A DNA stretch of 24,510 bases from Candidatus Bathyarchaeota archaeon (GTDB lineage Archaea > Thermoproteota > Bathyarchaeia > Bathyarchaeales > Bathycorpusculaceae): NCBI GenBank assembly GCA_963777155.1, contig CAVZPM010000030.1, forward strand, positions 1 through 24,510, in the 5' to 3' direction. The notes under the pieces are model-generated. The model did not search any database. It saw only the letters and a list, made by a program, of their open reading frames with translations, and was not told the origin of the DNA. Each line of letters starts with the position of its first letter. The first letter of the stretch is position 1. A program made the position numbers and the translations under genes. Below, piece after piece: positions 1-10,332 of this stretch.

Positions 1-20
1 TAATAGGAAAACACAGAAAA

Positions 21-85
21 GGTTAGCTTAAACGCAGGCGGAGTGTTCCCCTCTCTTCCTTTATTCGCCTGCGTTTGAGTTAGCC
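21..85 (+). other. Long RNA hairpin (22 bp) with CU-rich loop; terminator-like or ncRNA element
   Basis: 21-42 GGTTAGCTTAAACGCAGGCGGA pairs continuously with 64-85 TTCGCCTGCGTTTGAGTTAGCC, using 4 G.U wobbles on the + strand; pyrimidine tract follows at 86-102. Confidence 0.6.
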
Positions 86-264
86 CTTCTCTCTCCCTTC
101 TCAAAATCCTCAGCAAATTTTATGTTTGCATCAAATAAATACTTATTGACAACAGTTTTTCTGTTTAATTCACAGGTTGTTTTAGCCATATTTTCTCAAT
201 CAGGCCATTTCATTAAAAATCTAATAGAAACATTGTTGAATCAATTGGTGACCTGTTCAAGTTG

Positions 265-1173
265 TTATCCGATGAGCACACCGATGGCTAAGCTTAGCAA
301 TGGAACAAGTATCCAAGCTGCTACAACCTTCAGGAAGGGTTTTACTGTCACAAACTTGGTTTTATAGGATACACCGATTCCAAAAACAGCGGTTGAGGTC
401 GCCTGTGTTATGGACAACGGAATGTTGAAGAGAGTGGCTACTTCCAAAAGAAATGTTGAAGTCATTAGTGTTGCGGTCGCATTGGCATAACGCATGAGAA
501 AAAACTCCTGTGAAACTCTACGAGTTGCCCCTTCACTAAGGAAAAAAGAACCAACAAAAATAGCTGCAATGGCTGCTATAAGTGTAATAAAATTAAATCC
601 GCCTACAGCAACTATCAGTCCTAATGTGTTTGCGCCCGTAACGTAGGCTGAAGAAAGGGATAACACGATAAGCAGGATCTTGTATTCTTGAAGACGACGC
701 CAAAAGTTTGCTGGCCAACGTCTGTTTAAGAAGCGGATAAGGTAAAACGCTAAAGCAAATGAGACAAAAGGCACTAGGACCCAGGTCAAAACTACTTCTC
801 CCACAAACAAACCGTTTGCAAGAGATTTTCCTGCAATAGATAAGCCTGCAAGCAGACCCACTATCGACATGCTCAAGGACATAGGTGCCCTAAATTTATA
901 TGCGAAAATAAAGACCACAACTGCAACAAGCATTGCTTCGGCTCTGAGAATTGAAGTGGCGTCGGGCAGAAGGGTATCTACCGAGTTGATCATTGTGGAA
1001 CCTTGAATTAAAAGTCCAGTGGAAAACCCTATTGCACCCAAAAATACACCGAACCGTTTGGTGACAATTCTTGAGCCAACAGCTGGGCCTATGCAGGCAG
1101 ATAAGTTGTTACCCGCAACCAGCATCACCGCTAAGAACACCAAAACAACGAGGGCAACAGACAACAATGTCAA
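265..1173 (-). CDS. Inorganic phosphate transporter, PiT family
   Basis: Multi-TM protein with two PiT signature repeats (AGNNLSACIGPAVGS; GANTLG) and PxSxS/PLSITQA motifs; adjacent to DUF47. Confidence 0.9.
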   Translation of the reverse strand: MTLLSVALVVLVFLAVMLVAGNNLSACIGPAVGSRIVTKRFGVFLGAIGFSTGLLIQGSTMINSVDTLLPDATSILRAEAMLVAVVVFIFAYKFRAPMSLSMSIVGLLAGLSIAGKSLANGLFVGEVVLTWVLVPFVSFALAFYLIRFLNRRWPANFWRRLQEYKILLIVLSLSSAYVTGANTLGLIVAVGGFNFITLIAAIAAIFVGSFFLSEGATRRVSQEFFLMRYANATATLMTSTFLLEVATLFNIPLSITQATSTAVFGIGVSYKTKFVTVKPFLKVVAAWILVPLLSLAIGVLIG

Positions 1174-1179
1174 TCAGAA

Positions 1180-1854
1180 TCACTTAAGAATTGAGGTCAC
1201 TGTGGACACGATTACATCTGAGAGATCCTCGGCTGTGTCTAAAATATCGTCGCATTTGTGCAACATTTCGCTATAATGATAAAATTGCAGAAAATGCAAA
1301 TGCGACGCAGCTTGATATAATTTGTCGAAACCTGTATCTTTTATGTCGTCCCCTTGTTCCTCTAAAGATTCAATTTCCTTTCGTAACTGCAAAATATTGG
1401 AAACGTTGCCGGTGGATAGCATCTGTTGCAGTTTGATAAGCGATTGACTAGTGAGAGCAAGCATGTCTTCAAAGACGCTTCTCCATTCTGTTTCCTGATT
1501 AGCTGCGAAGTTTTTGGTATCAGCTTTAGGCATACGGGACAGCTCTCTGCTTAAGTAAAAGAACAAATCCACTATATTGTCTGCCAAACGTATGCAGTCT
1601 ATTAATCCGTCAATAATGTTGGGACTTACAGCACCAGAAGTGATTTCTTCGTTTAGCATAAACGCTATATCATCTGACTTCTTTTCCAAGGTTCTAACCA
1701 AATGCATGTTCTCCGTTAACAGTTGTTGGTTAGAACTATTCTGGTACATGACCTTCAAAATGACGTTGGCTTGGACCCCTAGGGATATCATCTGAGATAA
1801 TTCACTGAAAATGTTTTTTTCTCCAAGCACTAAGATTCCTTTGAAGTTTTTCAA
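1180..1854 (-). CDS. DUF47 / PhoU-like phosphate transport regulator
   Basis: Helical protein with repeated E..xD motifs (LEKKSDDI, LEEQGDDIK, CDDILDTAED); classic position directly upstream of pit; TTG start. Confidence 0.88.
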   Translation of the reverse strand: MKNFKGILVLGEKNIFSELSQMISLGVQANVILKVMYQNSSNQQLLTENMHLVRTLEKKSDDIAFMLNEEITSGAVSPNIIDGLIDCIRLADNIVDLFFYLSRELSRMPKADTKNFAANQETEWRSVFEDMLALTSQSLIKLQQMLSTGNVSNILQLRKEIESLEEQGDDIKDTGFDKLYQAASHLHFLQFYHYSEMLHKCDDILDTAEDLSDVIVSTVTSILK

Positions 1855-1872
1855 GGAAATTTCCTCAGCATT

Positions 1873-2181
1873 CTAGAATTCTGGAACATCGTCAAAGTTG
1901 TCAGAAGCAACGGTATTTTTTGAGTCGGTCCTTAGGAAATCTTCACCGTCTACAGTTACAATATGTATGTCTTGACCTTTGCGCCATTTGCCAATGGCAG
2001 TTCTAAAAACTGTAGTGTATGTGCACCCCTTCTTTATGTTAGAGATAAGTTCAGTTCTGGAAAGAATGATGTTCTCGCAGACAACACAGCCAAAGTCTGA
2101 GTGGCATTCGACAGAATCGATATGTTTCTGGTCGGGGCAAGTTTTTACTGCTGAGACTAGGTAGTCAGCCCATTTATCCAT
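1873..2181 (-). CDS. DUF3892 domain-containing protein
   Basis: N-terminal WADYLVSAV, WRKGQ and C-terminal FLRTD...DNFDDVPEF match the family pattern. Confidence 0.8.
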   Translation of the reverse strand: MDKWADYLVSAVKTCPDQKHIDSVECHSDFGCVVCENIILSRTELISNIKKGCTYTTVFRTAIGKWRKGQDIHIVTVDGEDFLRTDSKNTVASDNFDDVPEF

Positions 2182-2388
2182 TGTTTCGCCTTCCGCTGTT
2201 CTATTTCGAAGTATTATTTAACACTTATTGCATTCAGCAGCCATACGAGAAAAATATTCAGTACGCAATAATTAAAAGTCATATTTTACAAAATCAGAAG
2301 TACTTTCATAACCATTGACAACTGCTACTTGTATTCCTCTTACAGAATGAAGTCCATAATAAGTTGTCTATCGACTGTAACATAAACT

Positions 2389-2424
2389 AAAAGGGGATAG
2401 ACTGGTTTCTACCAGCATCAATCC
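2389..2424 (-). terminator. Hairpin plus T-tract terminator after atpK
   Basis: Minus strand GGATTGATGCTGGT-AGAA-ACCAGTCTATCC followed by CCTTTT, about 20 nt after the atpK stop. Confidence 0.55.
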
Positions 2425-2446
2425 GGTTCTTACAAAGGATTTTCTT

Positions 2447-2794
<348 letters not shown>

Positions 2795-2828
2795 TCACTC
2801 CATTAACACTGGACACAACAAGCTTAGC

Positions 2829-2843
2829 TATTAACTTTTTTCT
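2829..2843 (-). promoter_or_regulatory. Putative internal BRE/TATA promoter for atpK
   Basis: Minus strand AGAAAAAAGTTAATA about 40 nt upstream of the start; the same AAAGTTAATAG lies upstream of the tRNA gene. Confidence 0.5.
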
Positions 2844-2846
2844 TAA

Positions 2847-3041
2847 TTAACTTCTTTTCTCTTCATTGGAGGAATAGTTCAACAGCCCTTCACTTATCAT
2901 ATTGGCTTTTTCCTTGAGTACATTGATTTCTTCGCGGATTCTATTCAATTCTTTTTCTGTTACCCGCTCAATATCTAGGTTAAATTCTTTGAAGTCTCCA
3001 TCCAATCTGTTTTCATTTGTCAAAGAAAAGGTCTCCAACAC
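2847..3041 (-). CDS. Small charged helical/coiled-coil hypothetical protein in the ATP synthase operon
   Basis: GTG start directly abuts the usp TGA; E/K/R-rich heptad-like segment (EKELNRIREEINVLKEKA); fills the usp-atpK gap. Confidence 0.6.
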   Translation of the reverse strand: MLETFSLTNENRLDGDFKEFNLDIERVTEKELNRIREEINVLKEKANMISEGLLNYSSNEEKRS

Positions 3042-3485
3042 TCATTTTACAACCAGAACAGGGCAATGAGCATATTCAATCACACGTTCGGCTACGCTTC
3101 CAATGAGGATTCTTTCGGCGCCTCTTCGTCCATAAGTTCCCAGAACAATTAAATCCATTTCTAAACCGTCAGAAAGATGCACAATCTGTTCAAACGGCCT
3201 TCCCTTCGCAATCAAAGAAGTTGCTTTAACTCCTTCTTTCTCAGCTAAACCCAGAATATAATTAACGTATCGTTGACCGTCAGCTTTAAGTTCCTTTTCA
3301 ATATCTTCGCGTTCCGTTATTTTCGAAAATCGGTCAATTACAACTTCATCCAGAACATAGACAACCATAATTTGTGCATCATGCGTTTTAGCAATACTTA
3401 TGGCATATTCTGCGGCATGAATGCTATAGTCTGATCCGTCTGTAGGAACCAATATTTTTTTTATGGTTTGAGAACTGAACTTCAT
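3042..3485 (-). CDS. Universal stress protein (UspA family, ATP-binding type)
   Basis: KKILVPTDGS N-terminus, GTYGRRGAERILIGSV (G-2X-G-9X-GS), CPVLVVK C-terminus. Confidence 0.95.
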   Translation of the reverse strand: MKFSSQTIKKILVPTDGSDYSIHAAEYAISIAKTHDAQIMVVYVLDEVVIDRFSKITEREDIEKELKADGQRYVNYILGLAEKEGVKATSLIAKGRPFEQIVHLSDGLEMDLIVLGTYGRRGAERILIGSVAERVIEYAHCPVLVVK

Positions 3486-3486
3486 T

Positions 3487-4116
3487 TTATTTACGCTCCT
3501 TAATTACACGTTTGATTATTTTAGTTCTAACAAATTCTTCTCGATCTTTTTCTTCCAGCACCAGTTCAATCCATTTGGCTGTTCTGCGGTATCGGGGGAT
3601 AAGGACATAGTTTAATGCGTTAACCCGACGCTGGGTTCTGCGTACGTCATTGGCAATCTGAAATGTAGCTCCTTCAGCTCTAGCTAAATCAGCAATTAAA
3701 TTAAGAACCCTATGAAATTGTTTGAATGCTTTGTCTAATTCTACACTGGTGTTGGCGAAGCCATAATCTGGTTTCACATCAGGTTCGCCTTGAAATTCTA
3801 CAGAAGGCACGGTTACTCCCATGATACTTTTATAATCTATTAGGTAGTTAGCTTTGGCGCTTGAACCCAATGCAACGCTGGCAACTGACTCTGAACCTTT
3901 AGCCATATTTGCTTCCCTTAGATTCTGGTAAGCTTTCCCAAGAGCCACCAACAGTTCCTCGCGTGCTCTTTCAGCCTCAAATATACTGTTTCTTAATTCA
4001 CGCAGTAGTATGTCACGTTTGCGTTCAAGGACCTCACGACCAGACTCAGCGAGGTTTAATGTCTTCTTTGTTTGAATCAGGTTTATTCTTGTAGGACTAA
4101 CGTTCTCAGAGGACAA
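3487..4116 (-). CDS. atpD: A1Ao ATP synthase subunit D
   Basis: PTRINL...LERKRDIL, RTQRRVNAL...IP, LEEKDREEFVRTK. Confidence 0.97.
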   Translation of the reverse strand: MSSENVSPTRINLIQTKKTLNLAESGREVLERKRDILLRELRNSIFEAERAREELLVALGKAYQNLREANMAKGSESVASVALGSSAKANYLIDYKSIMGVTVPSVEFQGEPDVKPDYGFANTSVELDKAFKQFHRVLNLIADLARAEGATFQIANDVRRTQRRVNALNYVLIPRYRRTAKWIELVLEEKDREEFVRTKIIKRVIKERK

Positions 4117-4121
4117 TTTTA

Positions 4122-5528
<1,407 letters not shown>

Positions 5529-5533
5529 AATAG

Positions 5534-7303
5534 TTACCTCAATGTTGACTCCAAAATCCCGAAACTTTCATACATCCGCTTCTCTAAATCGTCTAACAAC
5601 TCACTTTTATCGTTGGGTATAGAAGATTTCATACGCATAATTTCCTCAGTGATGGGCATTTCTGTAACTTTGAAAATGGGTGCACCCTTGCTTACCACGT
5701 TGTCTGCCAATCGGTGGTAGTCCACGATTATCTTTATCATCTTGAACTGTTTCTGGGGAGAACTATAAGTGTCGATGGCATCCAACGCATTCTGCTGCAG
5801 GAAAGCAATTCGTATGATTCTGGCGGTTTCCAAGATCAAGCGTTGTTTATCAGGCAAAGCTTCGGGACCGACAAGTTTAACGATGTTTTTCAGGTCATCT
5901 TCAGCCTGCAGTATGCGCATTGCTTCTTCACGGTAGCTGTTCCAGTTTCTATCGATTTGTTTATGCCACCACTCTGCTAGATCTTGGATATAGCCACTGT
6001 AACTTGCCATCCAGTTGATTGATGGATAGTGTCTTGCAGCTGCGAGTTCGGCATCTAGAGCCCAGAAAACTCGGGTGAAACGTTTTGTATGTTGGGTAAC
6101 TGGTTCTGAGAAGTCGCCTCCTGGAGGGGAGACTGCTCCGATGGCGCAGATGGAACCGACACGTTTGTCTGAACCCAAGGTTTCGACGACACCTGTGCGT
6201 TCGTAGAATTCTGCGAGACGAGAGGGTAGGTAACTTGGGAAACCTTCTTCAGCAGGCATTTCTTCGAGTCGCCCTGACACTTCTCGAAGAGCTTCCGCCC
6301 ATCTGCTTGTAGAGTCAGCCATCAATGCGACCGCATAGCCCATATCGCGGAAGTATTCGGCAAGGGTAATCCCTGTGTAAATACTGGCTTCTCGAGCCGA
6401 GACCGGCATGTTGCTTGTGTTAGCAACAAGGACTGTTCGCTCCATGAGCGGGTGACCAGATGTTGGATCCATTAATTTGGGGAAGCTATCTAACACATCG
6501 ACCATTTCGTTTCCTCGTTCTCCGCAGCCCACATAAATAATAATGTTAGCATCTGACCACTTAGCCAGTTGTTGTTGAGTAACGGTTTTTCCGGAGCCGA
6601 AAGGACCGGGGATAGATGCACTTCCACCTTTGGCAATTGGGAAGAAAGTGTCGATGACACGTTGTCCAGTTATTAATGGAGAAGTCGCAAATAGCCTTCG
6701 AGTGTGGGGGCGTGGTTCCCTTACTGGCCACTTCTGAAGCATGGACAAGTCAACTTTTTCTCCGTTTGACTCGATGGACGCGATTGTTTCAGTAATTGTG
6801 TATTCGCCTTTTGATGCAATCTTAATCAGTTTACCTTGAAGATGAACTGGAACTAGTATACGGTGCTCAAAGAGGGCGGTTTCTTGTACTATACCAAGTA
6901 TATCTCCCCCAACAATTTTAGCTCCAATCTTTGCTGTAGGTACAAAAGTCCATTTTTTGGTTCTAGAAAGGGACGTTATTCCAGCTGCTTGTTTGATGAA
7001 GGCACCTGTGAGGTTTTTTAATTCTTCAAGAGGTCTTTGGATGCCGTCAAAAACGTTGCCGACGATTCCTGGAGCTAATTCCACTGAAAGAGGGCTTCCT
7101 GTACCCAACACAGGTTCGTTGAGTCTGAGTCCAGTGGTATTTTGGTAGACTTGAATTGTTGCTTGTTCGCCCTCTAACCGGATGATTTCGCCGATTAAAC
7201 GATCGTTACCAACCTCGACCATTTCATGCATGACTGCTTGAGCCATACCCGTGGCTTCGACGACTGGTCCAGCAACCCTGATTACGCTTCCTTTAACTGG
7301 CAT
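5534..7303 (-). CDS. atpA: A1Ao ATP synthase catalytic subunit A
   Basis: P-loop [43 protein letters not shown]; no intein. Confidence 0.98.
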   Translation of the reverse strand: MPVKGSVIRVAGPVVEATGMAQAVMHEMVEVGNDRLIGEIIRLEGEQATIQVYQNTTGLRLNEPVLGTGSPLSVELAPGIVGNVFDGIQRPLEELKNLTGAFIKQAAGITSLSRTKKWTFVPTAKIGAKIVGGDILGIVQETALFEHRILVPVHLQGKLIKIASKGEYTITETIASIESNGEKVDLSMLQKWPVREPRPHTRRLFATSPLITGQRVIDTFFPIAKGGSASIPGPFGSGKTVTQQQLAKWSDANIIIYVGCGERGNEMVDVLDSFPKLMDPTSGHPLMERTVLVANTSNMPVSAREASIYTGITLAEYFRDMGYAVALMADSTSRWAEALREVSGRLEEMPAEEGFPSYLPSRLAEFYERTGVVETLGSDKRVGSICAIGAVSPPGGDFSEPVTQHTKRFTRVFWALDAELAAARHYPSINWMASYSGYIQDLAEWWHKQIDRNWNSYREEAMRILQAEDDLKNIVKLVGPEALPDKQRLILETARIIRIAFLQQNALDAIDTYSSPQKQFKMIKIIVDYHRLADNVVSKGAPIFKVTEMPITEEIMRMKSSIPNDKSELLDDLEKRMYESFGILESTLR

Positions 7304-7306
7304 TTC

Positions 7307-7927
7307 CTATACCGCCTCTCCAAACAAGATTTTTGCCAGTTCAACACGTAAAACTGGTTTAAGCTCTTGCAACCGATTATCCAAAGTAACATCTAAGATT
7401 ATTTTGCCGTCTCCCGTTTGGATTATGCATCCCCCAAGATAATTCCCAGTTTTTTCGGATAATTTCAATTCACAATGCAACTTCTTAGATAAACGTTTCA
7501 GCACATCTAGCGTTAACCAGTCTTTATCTTTTGCATTTACTTGTATTGCAAGATCTTTTTGACCAATTCTTTTAGCAGCGCTCTGTATAATCTTAAAAAG
7601 ATAATCATGGTAATCGTCAGTCTCAACAAAATTCTCAAGTTTACTAAAAGCCTTCTCGAAGGCGGCATCGACTAAATCTTCTTTTGTCTGAAGCAGTCGA
7701 TTCCTCATTTCCACCTCAGTTACGGAAACGATTTTTCGCTTTTCAGCTTCTGCTTTCAATTTGGCTTGGGTGATTTTCGCTCTGTAGTTTTGGTCTGCTT
7801 GCTCCTTTGCTGCCTTCAAAGTTGCTTTCGCTTCACCTTCAGCAGCCAAAATTGCGGTTTCTGCTTCTTTTTGCACGTCACCTAAAACATCTTCTGCAAT
7901 CGCTGACAGACCATTTTTGATAGTCAT
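7307..7927 (-). CDS. atpE: A1Ao ATP synthase subunit E
   Basis: Ala/Glu/Lys coiled-coil N-terminus, LGGCII...DVTLDNRL, ends ILFG; GGTGA RBS. Confidence 0.93.
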   Translation of the reverse strand: MTIKNGLSAIAEDVLGDVQKEAETAILAAEGEAKATLKAAKEQADQNYRAKITQAKLKAEAEKRKIVSVTEVEMRNRLLQTKEDLVDAAFEKAFSKLENFVETDDYHDYLFKIIQSAAKRIGQKDLAIQVNAKDKDWLTLDVLKRLSKKLHCELKLSEKTGNYLGGCIIQTGDGKIILDVTLDNRLQELKPVLRVELAKILFGEAV

Positions 7928-7961
7928 ATCAATTCACCGTTACATCTTGATACCTAAAATC

Positions 7962-8249
7962 TTACTGACCAATATCTGATAGTTGAATTTTATTTGCATG
8001 ACCCTTGCTTCCAGGAATCTCTACAATTAATGGAGTTACGCGTTCTTGACGTATTTTGTCAACCTCTTCCCGCATGGAGGGATCAGTGGAGAATGCTTCG
8101 CTAATGATTATCACACCAACGTCGTTTCGTGCAAGCGTTGTATGTAGGGCTTGTCGTGCCTCGTTGTTTGTTGAGACTTCTGAGCCTTCAACACCTACGA
8201 GTTTAAAGCCAGTAATCATGTCACTGTCCCCAATTACGTAGCCGATCAT
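7962..8249 (-). CDS. atpF: A1Ao ATP synthase subunit F (true start likely ATG 8249; C-terminal frameshift, corrected stop at 7940)
   Basis: VIGDSDMITGFKLVGV, DVGVIIISE, PLIVEIP; GGCGAT RBS-like sequence before ATG 8249. Confidence 0.9.
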   Translation of the reverse strand: MIGYVIGDSDMITGFKLVGVEGSEVSTNNEARQALHTTLARNDVGVIIISEAFSTDPSMREEVDKIRQERVTPLIVEIPGSKGHANKIQLSDIGQ

Positions 8250-8267
8250 GCCATCGCCAAATATAAC

Positions 8268-8305
8268 TTTAAATGTTTGCTGGTAAATCAAACATTCTGT
8301 TAAAA
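8268..8305. promoter_or_regulatory. Divergent atpF/atpI promoter region with 8-bp inverted repeat
   Basis: TTTAAAT at 8268-8274 (+), TTTTTAAC at 8305-8298 (-), AATGTTTG-N9-CAAACATT at 8272-8296. Confidence 0.55.
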
Positions 8306-8992
8306 ATGTTCCGACCAGAAAGAATGACCTCTACATCGATAATCTGCGTTAAGAAAGACGTAGAATTGATTTTGGAATCGCTTAGTAGCTTTGGAGAATT
8401 CCACATTGAACAAACTGCTCAAGACAATTCAGGTTTAACTGAGAACAACCAGAGCATCCAGAAGGTTGAAGGGTCACTTGCAGACGTTAATGTATTGATT
8501 GATCAGCTTATTCAAGAAAAATCTAGCCTGCTTGGCATTTTCAAGTTGCCTCAAACCACTAAAAGTCAGGTTACAGCTGAGAATTGGCAGACTCTCTTGG
8601 AAACCACTAGCCAAAGAATTTCAGTTCTTAAAAAAGAAACTGACAATCTAAATGAAGCCCTATCTTGTATGCAAGAAAAAACTGAACAACTCAATCACGT
8701 CAAAGACATGTTGGAACGGCTCAGAATAATGGACGCAGACCTTGCCGCCATGGAAGATCTAAAGCTAATCTATGTTGCTGTGGCAAGTGTGCCGACTAAA
8801 AACTTCTCAGGGTTAGAAACAGCCCTCGAAGGAGTCCCGATTTTTATTAATCGATGCTCTTTAACCAAAGAAGTAACGTTTGTTTGTTTAGCCCTCCCAG
8901 CAAAACATCAATCCAGACGTCGAGAAAATCCTAAGAACGTATCATGCGGAAATCTTTCATATTCCCAAAGAATTGCCACACGACGTTACTGA
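8306..8992 (+). CDS. atpI: A1Ao ATP synthase subunit I/a, N-terminal part (frameshift at about 8913)
   Basis: Typical MFRPERM start at 8306, then FGEFHIE and coiled coil; the reading continues in the +1 frame as DVEKILRTYHAEIFHIPKELP into the 8973 ORF. Confidence 0.85.
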   Translation: MFRPERMTSTSIICVKKDVELILESLSSFGEFHIEQTAQDNSGLTENNQSIQKVEGSLADVNVLIDQLIQEKSSLLGIFKLPQTTKSQVTAENWQTLLETTSQRISVLKKETDNLNEALSCMQEKTEQLNHVKDMLERLRIMDADLAAMEDLKLIYVAVASVPTKNFSGLETALEGVPIFINRCSLTKEVTFVCLALPAKHQSRRRENPKNVSCGNLSYSQRIATRRY

Positions 8993-10310
8993 AGCAATTA
9001 AAGAAGTTGACAAACAACTAAAAGAAAAATCAGATAAAGAAAAAATACTTTACGATTCACTAAAGAAAATAGGTGAAGAAAACAAAGAGAATCTTGCCTC
9101 ATTGAAGGAAACTTCGGAAAACATTCTCACTCTGCTGCAAGCTGAAAGAAAAATACTCAAGTCAGGTCGGCTCGCAACTGTCAAAGGATTCGTGCCACAG
9201 AAGAAAGTTCAAGAACTCAGTGAAAAAGTCACTAAGATGTTGGATGGAAAAGCTTTAGTGTTAGAAAACGAAGTGGCAGAAACTGTAGATCCGCCTACAA
9301 TGATTTCCAACAACAGATTTGTAAGGCCTTTTGAAGAACTCACTAAACTTTACGGTTTACCCCATTATAAGGAACTAGATCCGACCCCCGTTATTGCTAT
9401 GACTTTCCCGATTCTTTTCGGATTAATGTTCGGAGATCTTGGTCACGGATTAGTTCTATTGATAGGTGGATTAACTATTGGGAAATTAATTAAAGTCAAC
9501 CAAGGCATAAAAAACGTATGCTACATTATGGCTGCCTGTGGTATTGCAGCATGCGTCACTGGAGTTTTGTTTGGCGAATTTTTTGGAGCAAAACTGCCGT
9601 GGGGCCCTCTTTGGTTTAGCCCATTCGAGAATGTATTTACATTCCTGATTTTTGCCCTAATAGTCGGCATAGTACAGATAATCAGCGGCATTGTTTTGGA
9701 GGGGGTGAATTTCGCGTTGAAACATAACTTGGCTGATGCCCTCCTAACCTCACTGCCCAAAATTGGGTTCTTCTTGGGAGGAGTTTATCTGATTGCCGTT
9801 TACCAACTAAACTTTGGTGTATGGTTTAGTGGCCCAATATTAGCAGCAATAATCCCATTCATTATCCTAATCGTTGGAAAACCAGCGTACTTGGCTGTAG
9901 CAAAACCGAAAAAACATGCTGGGGGAGAGCATGCTGAAATGGACACCGTTTCAGGAAGATTGTTTGAAGGAGGAGACTTGGTTACACGTTTACTCAGCAA
10001 TACAATATCCTACTCACGAATTCTCGCCTTGCTAATGGCGCATTGGGCACTCATGCTAGTGACTTACACAATTGCGGGTTTAGTTGGAACCGCCTCAATC
10101 TTAACCTTGATCCTTAGCGGCATTATTATAGTCGGTGGAAACATATTCGTTTTGGCGCTAGAAGGCTTAATCGTGTTCATACACACGTTGAGATTGCACT
10201 TCTATGAGTGGTTTAGCAAGTTCTATCAAGGCACAGGATCAGAGTTCAGTCCATTCAAACAGAAATTTATTCATACCGACTTGATTCTTAAGCGAAAAGA
10301 AACCTCATAG
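8973..10310 (+). CDS. atpI: A1Ao ATP synthase subunit I/a, C-terminal membrane part
   Basis: PPTMISN..FVRPFE.L..LYGLP.Y.ELDPT, FGLMFGDLGHG, SYSRILAL (essential Arg), IHTLRLHFYEWFSKFY. Confidence 0.95.
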   Translation: MPHDVTEAIKEVDKQLKEKSDKEKILYDSLKKIGEENKENLASLKETSENILTLLQAERKILKSGRLATVKGFVPQKKVQELSEKVTKMLDGKALVLENEVAETVDPPTMISNNRFVRPFEELTKLYGLPHYKELDPTPVIAMTFPILFGLMFGDLGHGLVLLIGGLTIGKLIKVNQGIKNVCYIMAACGIAACVTGVLFGEFFGAKLPWGPLWFSPFENVFTFLIFALIVGIVQIISGIVLEGVNFALKHNLADALLTSLPKIGFFLGGVYLIAVYQLNFGVWFSGPILAAIIPFIILIVGKPAYLAVAKPKKHAGGEHAEMDTVSGRLFEGGDLVTRLLSNTISYSRILALLMAHWALMLVTYTIAGLVGTASILTLILSGIIIVGGNIFVLALEGLIVFIHTLRLHFYEWFSKFYQGTGSEFSPFKQKFIHTDLILKRKETS

Positions 10311-10332
10311 GGTGCCTAAAAACAATAATAAA

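Noticed and set aside
122-367. 81-aa + strand ORF
   Set aside because: Overlaps the pit 3' end in antisense, lies in AT-rich DNA, no motif
5534-7303. Intein in atpA
   Set aside because: 589 aa is normal length, and the GKT and GERGNEM regions are uninterrupted
8241-8262. GGCGATGG resembling the start of a fluoride riboswitch
   Set aside because: It is the atpF RBS/start region, and the downstream pseudoknot elements are absent
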